A DNA stretch of 30,087 nt from Macrostomum lignano (Eukaryota). This document shows, one piece after another, positions 10,272 through 21,843 of this stretch. The translations under genes were made by a program, and so were the position numbers. The notes under the pieces are model-generated. The model searched no databases and was not told the DNA's origin. It was given only the letters and a program-made list of their open reading frames with translations. Location of the stretch: assembly GCA_002269645.1 (NCBI GenBank), contig NIVC01004345.1, positions 1-30,087 of the forward strand. The letters run 5' to 3'. Within the stretch, counting starts at the first letter, position 1; the number at the start of each line of letters is the position of its first letter.

Positions 10272-10333
10272 TGCGACTGGGTCTTTACGGATGTGACTGG
10301 GTCCTGAAGGATGTTACTGGGTCTTCAAGGATG
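10272..10333. repeat. Three degenerate units of the same 20-bp repeat as 7827-8100
   Basis: TGCGACTGGGTCTTTACGGA / TGTGACTGGGTCCTGAAGGA / TGTTACTGGGTCTTCAAGGATG. Confidence 0.9.
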
Positions 10334-11017
10334 AGATTTCTCAATTTCTCTGAAGGACGTTTCTGAATGGTGCAAAAAACTTTGTGAGTCTTTAATGATT
10401 CTACAAGCCACCAAAAGCGATTTCAAGCATGGTATAAGTTAACTGATTGAGGGTATTAATTCAACGCTTTCAATGATAGGATTTTGAGTTTCGAAATTTC
10501 GAGAATAATTTTTCAGATATGCCAAGTCAACTGCAGCTAAAGAGGTGATCATAGAATATATTAGATCAAGTTCAAGCCCAATGCCTTGAATAATGCAGAT
10601 CTGAAAAGGGAAGAACTGGCAGATTAGGGAGTTTTCCCGAACAGGTTTCGGGCGGTAGGAAGACTGGCTAGCTGACTCGACCCCACCCTACCACTGCAGG
10701 TCAGAAAAGGCATTCGAGAGAAAGCCAGTTAAGGCAAAAATGAGGATTCTTTGTCAGGCAAGCACCAACCTCTCTCTGATTTCAGTCTCCGCTATCAATC
10801 TGTTTTTAACGTTTTTACGATAGCTGAAGAATAACCGGCGGTGTCCCTTCATCCGGGAATGTACTCTATTTTGGTGGGTTGCCACACGCTTCGCAATCTC
10901 CACACTTCATAATCCTCTCTGGCAGACGCCAATCGACAAACGAGTACTTTCTGTACTTGAGACAAAAACAAACTTGAAAACGAGCACTATGGGATGATAT
11001 TGATCTTGATGTATGGA

Positions 11018-11132
11018 TGGATTCTTAGAATAGGGTGTGCGGGATTCTTAGAATCGGGTATGCGGGATTCTTAGAATAGGGTGTGTGAGATTCTTAGATT
11101 AGACTGTGCGGGATTCTTAGAATCGGGTGTGC
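11018..11132. repeat. 23-bp minisatellite GGGATTCTTAGAAT(A/C)GGGTGTGC, 5 units
   Basis: Direct inspection. Confidence 0.9.
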
Positions 11133-11723
11133 GGTACAGGCGTACCGTTGCATTACATTGACTTGCCCTACTACTCAAAAGCTTGACTGCAGAATTGCAG
11201 CACTCATAAGCGAGAGAAGCTCCCTGTACAATGGCCCTACTGTCTCGACTGTGGACTGGCAGTGTTAATTAAATATATACAGCGGAGGTGCCCTGCGGCT
11301 TTGGCTTGAGCAATTAGAGTTTCAGGCACTTTTTGACAGGTGAGTAATTAACAGGTGCCCCGCCTAGGATAGACATTTAATTGACGGGTAGCGTTGAAGA
11401 GTGCAGCTAATTGATTAAATAAGACGATTTGTAGTCACTAACTTAGTCAGGGCAGCATAAAAAATCAACAAAGAGAATATTGAAGACAACAGTATATATT
11501 TGTGGGACTTTTTTGGCGCTCATGTACAAATCCCATACATGTAGTTCGTATCCCTTTGTCGAACTATAAATTCAATGTATTTATGTATATTGAAACTGTG
11601 AAAATTATTTCAAATGCTTGGCTCCAAACCGGAAACTACTCATACATGTAATAATTTTAGTTTTGTGTCACCAACCTGCAATTTCAGACCTGATAGTCAC
11701 GTGACAGACGATACTTCAGCATC

Positions 11724-14160
11724 ATGCTGCCCGAAACGGCCAGGATTTTCCTAGAAACCAGCAGCATCCGAGGCGTTGGCAAAGTGTTTAAGACCCAGAG
11801 CCCGCTGCTGAGCCGGATGTGGGGCATCTTTGTACTCGGCTCGACCTCCTTTCTGTTCTACAGCGTGTTCAAGATCACCCTGGATTACCTGCAGTACGAC
11901 GTCAACATCCAGACATATCAAGAGATCGATGACGAGACGCCGTTCCCGGCCGTGAGCATCTGCAACAACCAGCCATTTTCCGTGAACGCCTACCAGCGCT
12001 GGTCGAACAAACAAAGCATGTCGCCGACGGAGTTTAACAAGTACCTTCGCCAGCAAGCCCTGAGCTTGGTGAGCCCCGACTTAATGAGGGACAAGTATCG
12101 CGACCTACAGGCCGCTAGAGACAGAAAAGACTCAAAAGCGTTCAGACAAATTCACCAGTCAATGTTTGATAGCAGTGTCGCTGCTATGACGTACTCATTG
12201 ATCTACGACAATCTAAGGATGTACTACCAGAATATGCTAGCGGACGAGGCGATGGAACTGGGCCACACCAGGAACGAGTCGATTGTTGACTGCATCTTCA
12301 AGTACGGATCGATTCAGGTCTGCCCCTTTAACTTGATATTTGCTAGGAGCTATACCTTGCCACGGACAGTGTCGTGAAGTCATTGCGTCGCTTGCATTTC
12401 AAAACCCCATCGCAGGTTCTGGGCACTCGTGGATGCCACGACGACATGGTCAAAGTGAAAACTTTCTCGGATCCAAACTTTTTCAACTGCCTGTCGGTGG
12501 AATTCACTCCGGAGTACGCCATGACCATCATCAGCATCACGCTAATTGTGTGGCTCGGCCCGGACGACAGTTACGACATCCGGCACAGACAGAGCTTCCT
12601 GAACGAGGTCTACGAGCAGGCCTATGGACTTAGAGTGGACGTTCACGAGCCGAAAACGCAGCCGAGGGTGAGGGAGCTCTGATCCTTTACTCTTGTTTGC
12701 TAGGTAGTTCGCGCTAGTACAACACTCACACAGGGGGTACAGAGGCCCTGACTTCTTCTCCTTAAGGCATGTACACTCTGTGCTTTGGATGTTGGATGTT
12801 GGATTGGCGAGAACCGCCCATTACAAGTCCCAAGTCAATTTTCGTGAACGAACCTCGAAATGAAGTAGAGTGGTATGTAATCGAACTTATGGACTTTGGC
12901 ACAATTAGTCAGACAGAGCTACTCGCTTGGGTTACGAAGCAAAATTGGGAAGCAATTATAGACTTCCTAGTTTGAGAAATGTGTCCACAACTTTGCCTGT
13001 CTGTATAAAGAGTCTCCCATTCACTTAGCAGCTAATCGATTTCAACTCAGAGCTCAATTTTTCAACCCCAGGTGTTGGAGCAGGGCATCCAGACGGAACC
13101 CGGCAAGATGAACGAAATCAAGTACCAGCCGATCCGGTTTGAGCGAAAGGACACTCCGAAAAATCCATGCATATCGCTGGATGCAGCCGAGAAGCAAAAG
13201 TTCCGGGATCTTAGAATGGAGTACAACTATGACTTTGAACTCTGTTTGAACTCGAAAGTGCAGGAGGTGGTTTTGAACAAGTGCGGCTGCATGTACATCG
13301 AGCTGCCGAGAATCGCGATGCCTAACAAAACCCACCCCTACTGCGGCTTCATGGACGAGAAGTTTAAAGAGCGCTCGCAGTGCGTCAAGTCACTGGACAT
13401 GCGAACGATTCGCAAGTCATTCGAGGGCAAGGACTGCTTTCCCAAGTGCGTCGATTTGAGCTTCGAGAAGGAGCTCTCCACGACAAAGTGGCGCGAGACC
13501 AAATGGATGCTGCACTGGATCAAGGAGCTCTGCGAACGCTGGGACAAGCAATTTAAGCAGCTCAGCGGATCGAACGCCAGCGAGTTCGAGGAGAGCCTGA
13601 CCGGCGTAACCGACTATCTCACGAGAGACAACATCACCGACCTCAGATCGCTCGGCAACAGCACCAGCAAGGCTTCGTTCGATTTCGATGATCGCTTCTC
13701 CTTCATAGTAGTGAAGCGGCAGAGCAACAACACATTTGTGAAGACTGAGAAGATCGTTCTAACGCTCAACGCGCTTTTTAGCCGAGTCGGTGGTCTCTGC
13801 TCAATGTACATTGGCCTGACGCTGACCTTCATCATGGAGTTCATCGAGTTTATCTTTCGCCTGGCCTCCTGCGACAAAAGCAACGACAAAACCGGCGGGA
13901 ACGGCGGCGACGACGGCGGTCGCAGCGAAGCGAAGTCCAACCAGTCAACCAGGAACTCTTGCCGAGTTGTGGAGGTCACCAGTCAGGACAATGGCGCGCC
14001 AGAGAACCAGAGCCTCATAGGCCAGCTCGCTGGAGACACTGAGCTCAGCGACAGCGGCAGCGTGATGCTGCCGGGATCCGAGCACCGGGTGCTCCCCGAC
14101 AACCGGCCGGACTTCCGGCACGATCAGGTATGGGTCAAGCAGGCCGATTCTAGAGTGTAA
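11724..14160 (+). CDS. DEG/ENaC (amiloride-sensitive sodium channel family) subunit, ~667 aa; join(11724..12317,12347..12667,13072..14160)
   Basis: TSSIRG plus TM1 (MWGIFVLG...), PFPAVSICN, FSDPNFFNC, GLRVDVHEP...GIQTEPG, Cys-rich thumb (C..KCGC...YC...C...C..KC), TM2 LFSRVGGLCSMYIGLT...EFIE. Both proposed GT-AG introns are phase 0 and keep the frame. Confidence 0.93.
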
Positions 14161-15589
14161 CCAGGCAATGAGCTGCAGAACAGAACTCAAGCACTGCGTC
14201 TGATTGAACCAAAAAAGTAAACTTGATTTTTTGAAGCCGTTCAAATATTTTAAACAAAAAAGTTTCCATTATTATAATTTTTGTTTGTGCGTCAAAAATT
14301 TTGAAGCGTTAATTTTTTAATCTTCAGCTTTTGCAGCTGCGTACATGTACTTGATGACGATATTACGCAATCAATTAACGAATTTCTGTTTATCTCTTGA
14401 AGGAATAGGGTTATTTTTGTTTCATTTTCCTTTTTTATGTTTGGTGTGGCCATTGCCTACTTTTATTAAAGTCCCTAAACTAAACTATTGTACTTAAGAA
14501 ATCACGATTAAGTCTGCCATAAATTTTTGAGACACCCTGGAAAGTTCATTCACCAATTAAAATAAAAAGCAGCTTTAACTGTCTAGTTTAGAACGCTTTT
14601 CGCAAAACTTGTCTTACTGTTATCTTTGGTTTAGCAGAGAGCTCATATCATCTGCACACTGTTGAGTACTTTAACAGAATTAAGACTGCGCTCCGACCGC
14701 AGTCAGAGAGCGGACTCCTGAAGAGCATATAGATTGCAGTTGAGGCTGCCCTCATCCAATCGAAAGTCAGTCCAGCACTTGCACTGGTCAAGTAATAGCG
14801 TGACTGCAAACTTCTGATTAAGACCTCCTTCTCTCTCCTTTGATCAAGCCGCCATGCGAGGGTCAGCGCTTCCTCTGTCCGCTGGAAAATAAAATCAAGT
14901 ATTCTACTGGCTGTATACATGTACACCAGTTTCTTCTGGGCTAAATAAAAGACTCCCCGTTTTCTCTCACAAAATACTTGAGCAAACAGTTTAGGGCGGG
15001 GAACTCAATGCAGTCTGCAGTCTTGGAAGCCATTAAATACGAGTATATGAACCAAACGAGCTATCAGAAACCATAACGCTGTGAAAAAGGCGCTCACATT
15101 AAGGCACTTCCGTTCGCAAGTGCACTAAAAAATTTTTAAAGCCTTTCGAGGAGCCTTCACAGATTCTTCATTCACAAGTGCTTCGTGAAGGGTCTTAGTT
15201 GAATTCAGCTAGAACATGCTACATTATTGACACTCTTTATGAATTGATTCACAAAAAACTGCTAACTAACCACACTGGACTCGCGCGCCTGCTCTGTAGA
15301 ATGGAACAAATCAAGAAGCATATTCATTCTCCGGCTGCACTTTGCCTCCACACAATGCAGATATAAATTAACATTATTATATTCAAGAGGCTCACAAATT
15401 TCATTCATTAAAAATAAGGTATAGAGAGAGTCGTCGAATGTCAAAACCAAAGAGTATATGTACAGTACAAGATCTACTTGATCAGTGTTACTCGCTTGGA
15501 ATGGTGAGACATTTTCACATGTCATAGAGATTTACTACTGTCCTACTGTCAGCAGAGCAGTAGGCACAATCGCGCACTAATTGCCAGCA

Positions 15590-18500
15590 TCAAGGATACA
15601 GTTGAGCTATTCTGTCCCTAGCCAACTGCGGAGCGTCGGAGCTGAACGCCAGACGAAAATTCTGCGCTGCCAGGAGGTCCGCCTCCGAGTTGATCGGCTC
15701 TCGACGACGAAACCGCAGTGAAGTCTCGGCGGCGAGGGCGACGGCTTCCAGCCACATGTTCGGCTTAACCCGCTTCAGAACATCGGTACGGCGGCCCCAC
15801 GATGGGAACTCGTTGAACTCGAGCAGGTAGACACGCAGCTTGGCGTCCACCAGCATGTCGACGCCCATGATGCGGAAGGCGCCAGCTGCGAAGTCCCGGT
15901 CCTCCAAGTGCTCCTTGTACAGCGCAGAGACGTAGCCCAGAATAGCCGCGACTTTGGGGTACAGAACGTCTCTCGCCCAGTTCATCTCGCCGAGGCGTCC
16001 CCGTCGGTTCAGGTAGGCGTTGAGCTCGTCCGGATACCAAGTTGTGGCTTCCTTGAGCTCGGAGAACAGCTCAGACTGTCTGGCCTGAACGCTTTGATTG
16101 GTCAGATGCAGAGCCAGGTTCTTCAGGTCGCTCGGATCGTACGGAGACGAGCAGAGGCGCACGAATCCCGGATGTAGGAATGCGAAGTAGCCGGTCTCCG
16201 GTCGACCGCCAACGCCGCTCGATTGGCGCCGAGTGTTGACAATCAGGTAATAAACTCGCATGTCGAACTTGCGCTTGTCAACTAGCAGCGGCGGATCGAT
16301 GTAGCGCTGAAGGATCACGTGAGAGAGGCGCATCCGGCGGTACTGACTACGTCGAAGGAAGATCAGGAGATCACGTCTAACTTCATCGGGACCGCCGATT
16401 TGTACCAGCTTCTGCATTTGACCCATGGTGCCTCTGGAAAATAAGGTATTGCGATTAAGCTAACGGTGTCTTACTGAGACAGAATGAGACATGAAGCACG
16501 ATCGTTTGTAGCACACTTTCTGTATCTGTCACAGGTGTAACTTTTGCTATCATTTCTTTGATTTATGCCGCTCATGTAAGATACATTAGCTTGACTTTAT
16601 TTTAGTAAGAAACAGTAAAGAAAATGCGCTCATTAGAACTAATGGTTTCCTCCTCTACATTCGTATCAGCCTCTGTATTTGCCCTTTCCGTCACGGCTAC
16701 CCTGATTTTCGCACACTCTCCGCCCTTCTGTGTCTCGCTCTTTTTCTTTCCACCGCTTGTTCGCCCCTCGGCCCATTTCTCCTTTTCCGCCCCTTCCGCC
16801 TCCTCTCCCCCCTCAGCCCCCTCTCCGCCCCTCTTTCAACCTTCCGCCCCCTCTCCGCTCCTCTTTCTTTCCACCTTCCCGCCCTCCTCTTTCCACCGCT
16901 CTCTTTCTCTCCGCCCATTCTCTCCGCCCCTCTCTCCGCCCTTCTCTCCGCCCCTCTCTCTTCTCATTCTCTCCGCCCCTCTCTCCGCCTCTCTCTCCGC
17001 CTCTCTCTCCGCCCATTCTCTCCGCCCCTCTCTCCGCCTGCCTCTCTCTTTCTCATTCTCTCCGCCCCTCTCTCCGTCTCGCCTCTCTCTCTTCTCCACC
17101 GCCTCTCTCTCCGCCCCTCTCTCTCTCTCCGCCCATTCTCTCCGCCCTCTCTCCGCCTCTCTCTCCGCCTCTCTCTCCGCCCATTCTCTCCGCCCCTCTC
17201 TCCGCCTCTCTCTCCGCCTCTCTCCGCCCATTCTCTCCTCTTCTCTCTCCGCCCATTCTCTCCGCCCCTCTCTCCGCCTCTCTCTCCGCCTCTCTCTCCG
17301 CCCATTCTCTCCGCCCCTTCTCCGACCCTCTCTCCGCCTCTCTCTCCGCTCTTCTTCCGCCCCTCTCTCTCTCCGCCTCTCTCTCCGCTCATTCTCTCCG
17401 CCCCTCTCTTCGCCTCTCTCTCCGCCCATTCTCTCCGCCCCTCTCTCCGCCCCTCTCCGAGTGTGGACAATAAAACAGCTTGTCTGTAACATGCGTTCTC
17501 CGTGGAACAGATTATCTATAACGCGCCTTACAGATAGAACAAATCATATATAACAGACCGCATATAACAGACTCCATGTGACATGCGTTCTCCCAAGACC
17601 GTGCAGCTAGTTGGTAAAAACTACGGGTGACAAACTTTTGAAACGCAGTTATTTCAAACTCAACTCACCTCGACGGCTTAGCCAAGTATGTTCCAGGGTT
17701 TTGGCCGAGTTTCTGCTCAAGATTGGCATCGCTCAGGCTGAGCGTCAGCGCCGTGAACTCTTCGTAGCCAAAGAGGCCGCCGGATGCGGTGCGGAACGCC
17801 TGACCGGATGCGACCAGCCGGCCCTCCAGCAGGCGGAGCCAGCGGACCAGCAGGGACTTGCTGCACAGCTGGTTCATCGGCTCGGTAAACGGCCGCATGG
17901 TGAGGCAGTTTGGCCTGTCTGAATGAGAGGCACAATGGACCCACAGTCAGTTGATTTGGCATCACGCGAAATCGTACACACGCAGGCACACTCTCACACA
18001 GGGTGTACATGTACAGCGGCCCTGACTTTCTTTTCATTCGACATGTAAAGACTCGATCTCTGGGCCTTGATTTTGCGCACAAGCCGTCGAAAAAAGTCAG
18101 ACAAGTGACTCACTGAAAGCGGGGTTGTTTCTTGGAATGGACAGCGCCACGTTGAGCTTCCCGTCTTCCTCATCGAAGTTGTCAGCCTCCTTGACCGCCT
18201 CATCTTCTCTGATTCTACTGAAGCCAATAGAGTTGGTGACTCGCACAACGCTGCGATTAATTGGGATTTTTTTACCATTAAATCAACATCGCATTATCTT
18301 AATTAGAGAACATGCAACAAATTCAAAAGTAACTTCTTGTAAAAGTAAAGCAAAGGACTTCTACAATTGTACATGTCCTGTGCCTAAAAGCCGTTAAAAT
18401 GGCACGGCTCGGCTCACTGGTTTTATGAATCTAGTTTGTCATTATTAGCTGGACTGTGTAACAATATGTGTAACAGAGATGATAGAACAGATTCATAAAA

Positions 18501-19120
18501 CCAAAGAGTCGAGCTGTGCCATGCATTTTTAATGGTTTTTAGGTACAGGAATGTACGTAGAATAAAAAAATAACACGGGATCCTAATTTTCTTAACGAAA
18601 ACCGGAAAAGCTCTATGAATGCCAATGTCATCAATAGAGCTATAAGAAAGTTAAGACATATCAAAAGATGAACACTGGGTCTGCCTCCTATCAAAATAAA
18701 TAACATTTTTGTGCTAAAAAATCAAAACCTCCTATCTCCTTTTTGGAAATGCCTGCCTCCGAGAATTATCGTGAGATTCACAGCCATGAGGGCCAACCCC
18801 CCCCCCACACCGATGCACAGAGAGTGTACATGCCTTAAGGAGGAGAACGACAATATCATAAAAGAATAGCCATCTTCCACAGCTCACTCTGACGTGTTGG
18901 GCCCGAACCGGTTGCCTCCAAGTCCGGTAGCTTGCACCGCTAGGCCGATATCGTCAATGTACTTCTCTCTGATGGCCGAACAAACATCCTGCAGTCTGTA
19001 TGGGTTGGACAGGATCGCCGCCTGCTGGATTCGAGGATTGTCAGGTCTGGTGTCTCCCTGTTGGTCAACAGTGCTTGACTGGTTCGTGTTTGGCGGAATG
19101 AAAATCACGTGCTTTGCCAT
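15590..19120 (-). CDS. TTLL10: Tubulin-tyrosine-ligase-like protein, TTLL10-like (glycylase group), ~487 aa; complement(join(15590..16433,17669..17918,18114..18250,18888..19120))
   Basis: QRYIDPPLLVDKRKFDMRVY, HLTNQ, GVDMLVD, LLEFNEFP, DVLKRVKP..LEAVAL; upstream exons give PMNQLCSKSLL, EEF, YLAKP. All three introns are GT-AG (GTGAG donors) with consistent phases (2,1,2); 1464 nt total. Subfamily call from recalled similarity to TTLL10. Confidence 0.85.
16790..17460. repeat. Pyrimidine-rich minisatellite (~12-bp CTCTCTCCGCC(C/T) with CCCATT variants) in TTLL10-like intron 3
   Basis: Direct inspection; explains the SPP/ERRR low-complexity ORFs. Confidence 0.93.
18369..18556. mobile_element. 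Foldback/MITE-like element with ~65-bp imperfect inverted arms in TTLL10-like intron 1
   Basis: Left arm GTACATGTCCTGTGCCTAAAAGCCGTTAAAATGGCACGGCTCGGCTCACTGGTTTTATGAATCT (18369-18432) matches the reverse complement of 18489-18556; ~56-bp spacer; no clear TSD. Confidence 0.6.
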
Positions 19121-20179
19121 TAATTAGCTATAGAGACCTAAGTACTTCTAGCTCTGATATGATATATGATGTATGCTATAAATTATTATGGAACTTATAA
19201 ATTCTTATAAAAGTCATTGTTTCAAAAGCACATTTACTAAAGACTGGACCGTAGATCTCAATCTTCACTAGATAGGCCACTTTGTATTGCGGTAATAGGG
19301 AAAGTAAGCCGACAAGGGTTGTTTAAATTTTGAGTTCAGTAGCTTAAGGACATAGACGCTATTTTTAAGAATTTGATAGAACTTCTCATGAATTAAATAC
19401 GTAAAAAGCTAATCAAACGAAGAATGCTGCATGCACTGCAGAGACTACTGACGAAATTGCGTTCAGTAGTTGATTTTCGCGCTGTTGCGAGTTGCAGAAT
19501 TTCTCGCATTGGCTTCTATGGCCACATAGCGGTTAATGAGTGGCCCATCCTGTGTTTATGTGATCCTTGAGCCTTCCCGAAGTGAGGCGCAGACGCATTT
19601 TTATGTCTATGATGGTTTTAATTGTAATCTTCGATCTAATAAAGCTATAGATTTAATATAACTTTTCCTGAAATTGGATTTAGAGTTCTAATGATTGCCG
19701 ATGTGAAATATCGACGCATCAGGACGTAACGTCCTTTGCGTTCCATGAAATATTGGGCGAAAATTTTTCATTTCAGTTTTTGGTGTCTCGACCAAACGCA
19801 GAAGCTGAAAGTACTACAAATTCATTTAAAAAACTATAGATTTCGACTACCTGAGCACCTCTGCAAGAACATTTCAAGTGAACATCCTATATCCTAAAAA
19901 TATAGAAGCAGAAATTTATCTCATAAAGCTTGGTGTTAAATAATGTCGCAGTTACTGCCTTGCCCGCCTTTGAACTCAAAATTTGCTTTTATTCAAATCA
20001 ATTCACAGCCTACCAGATTATTGCGCACAAATATCCTTTCGAAATTTAATTACATATACGAGCACTTTACGAGTATCATTATTCGTCAGATGAGGCAACA
20101 AACGCTTTTACCAATTATTAAAACATTATTTTTCAAGGCCCAGGTTAATAAGAAATAAAAAGGTCAGTTCTAAACCACA

Positions 20180-21325
20180 TTGATTTTCGGCTCGATCATT
20201 GCGACTCTGGCAGCTCTGCTTCTGCTGTTCGTCTCGCTCCAAAGTCCTGGATAAACCGGATTGGAAGCCTGCCAACCTGTGCACCAGCGAGGCCTGCATG
20301 AGATCCTACTCTTACTCGTAGTTTATAAAAGTTGGAAGAGCCGAAAGTAAAGGCCAGAAAGGGACCTCTGTATGACTTTATAAGGCTGGAGGCCGCTCTC
20401 TCGGTTGTGAACTTCCTGCCAGACGAAGAATCGTTTCAAGCGCTAAAGAATTTGTTTGGAGAGCAGAAGTTCCTTGTAAATCAATACGAGGGATGGCGAA
20501 ACGTCTTCGTAGCTTCTATAGTCTGCATGCAGATGTCGCTGGAGACCATGCCCACAATGGCATTCGAGATGTTCACCAGCGCCTTCGTGAACGACAGCTT
20601 CGACTCGGTGAAGAGTATGTTAGCGAGCCATGAAGCGTAGCGTGGACGAAGAGTCCTGGATTCGACTGCCGAGCAAAATGTCAATCAATAGTAAACTGGA
20701 CGCTCTACAGAGCACCGTGTCCTATACCCCCGCTTCAACATGTCCGAGTTCACGGAGGTCTACTCAAACTTGAGCAATCGAGTCCGGCATTGCGAGTCAT
20801 TCGGCCAAATCATTCTGGTGTACAAGAGCGCCTTGGTAAAGAATCAACTCTGGTACTTGAGCACCAATCAGCCGAAGCGGAGAGCCAAGGAGATCTTCGA
20901 AGATGCAATGGCAGTAAACTCTGGGTACTCGGAGGTTGACAACGCAATCTTCATTTACCTGGGACTGCTGCGAACCCAAATCTACTTGAAGGGCTCCCCC
21001 GACTACCTGCTGTACGGAGGCGTCGGCAGCGTCACCGGTTACGAGATCGGGCACGCCTTCGACTGGAACGGACGCCACTTTGATGGCAGCGGACGAAAAC
21101 TTTCCTCAACGATATTTGATGGCGACACGGAGGAGTACCGCAGTCGGAGTCAGTGCCTCGTCAGCTCGTAGCCGCGGCCGAGAAGCTGTCAGGTCTGACA
21201 CCTGAGCAGCTGTTCTTCATCCAGGATGCTCAGTTTTACTACAACAAGGCTGAAAACAATACATTGTATTCGAAGCTCGGTTATGCCTGTAGTTTTATCC
21301 GAGTGACGACAGCAAGTGCCACTTT
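20180..21325 (+). pseudogene. M13/neprilysin-like pseudogene copy 1 (multiple large deletions, stop, frameshifts)
   Basis: TM-like segment and LCTSEAC (20274-20299), jump to a block near-identical to 27917-28728, GYEIGH at 21037-21054, loss of the ENxAD region, C-terminal remnants at 21180-21237 and 21308-21324. Confidence 0.88.
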
Positions 21326-21786
21326 TAATGAACGTTGCCGCGCATTTTCAAGTTGGCAAATGATCCACTCTGCATGTCGCTAGCTGGAGCTTTGATTTTT
21401 GGCAGTGTGTGCTTTGTCAGTGTGCGTGTGTGCGTTTACCAGTTTTAATCGGAATATTATACTTGATACAATTGAGAGGCCGCCAAGTACAGTGCATGGG
21501 ATCTAACTGCTTTTGTGCCGTCTGCAACAGGAGGTTTTTTTCGATATCCTTTCAATTTGTGAATTCCGAATCGAAGCTACACTTTACTGTCTGAGCAATG
21601 AAAAAAATGCGGAGATACACTCTGTAAAACTGCGTCTGCAGCGTTTTAATTTTATTGGAGCACAGCTTAAGAACCTTTTCAATTTGAGTATTTTTGTGAC
21701 GGGAAAATCTTGTATTGCAAAACCTTTGAGAATTTCAAGCTAGAACGAGGCCTGAATCTTCGCAGGTCGATGGGTCATTTTGCTTG

Positions 21787-21793
21787 TATAAAT
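21787..21793 (+). promoter_or_regulatory. Possible TATA box of the intact M13 gene
   Basis: TATAAAT about 55 nt upstream of the proposed ATG at 21844; motif and position only. Confidence 0.3.
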
Positions 21794-21843
21794 AGAGCAA
21801 TAAGTTGCTAGCAGAGAAGGCAAATCTGAGTGAAAATTTAAAA

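Noticed and set aside
14648-14926. Minus-strand 92-aa ORF with a plausible acceptor near 14881
   Set aside because: No recognisable homology or partner exons; cannot be supported without RNA data.
19445-19470. CTGACGA motif as a third hammerhead
   Set aside because: Forms a simple CTACTGA/TCAGTAG hairpin; no stem II followed by GAAA.
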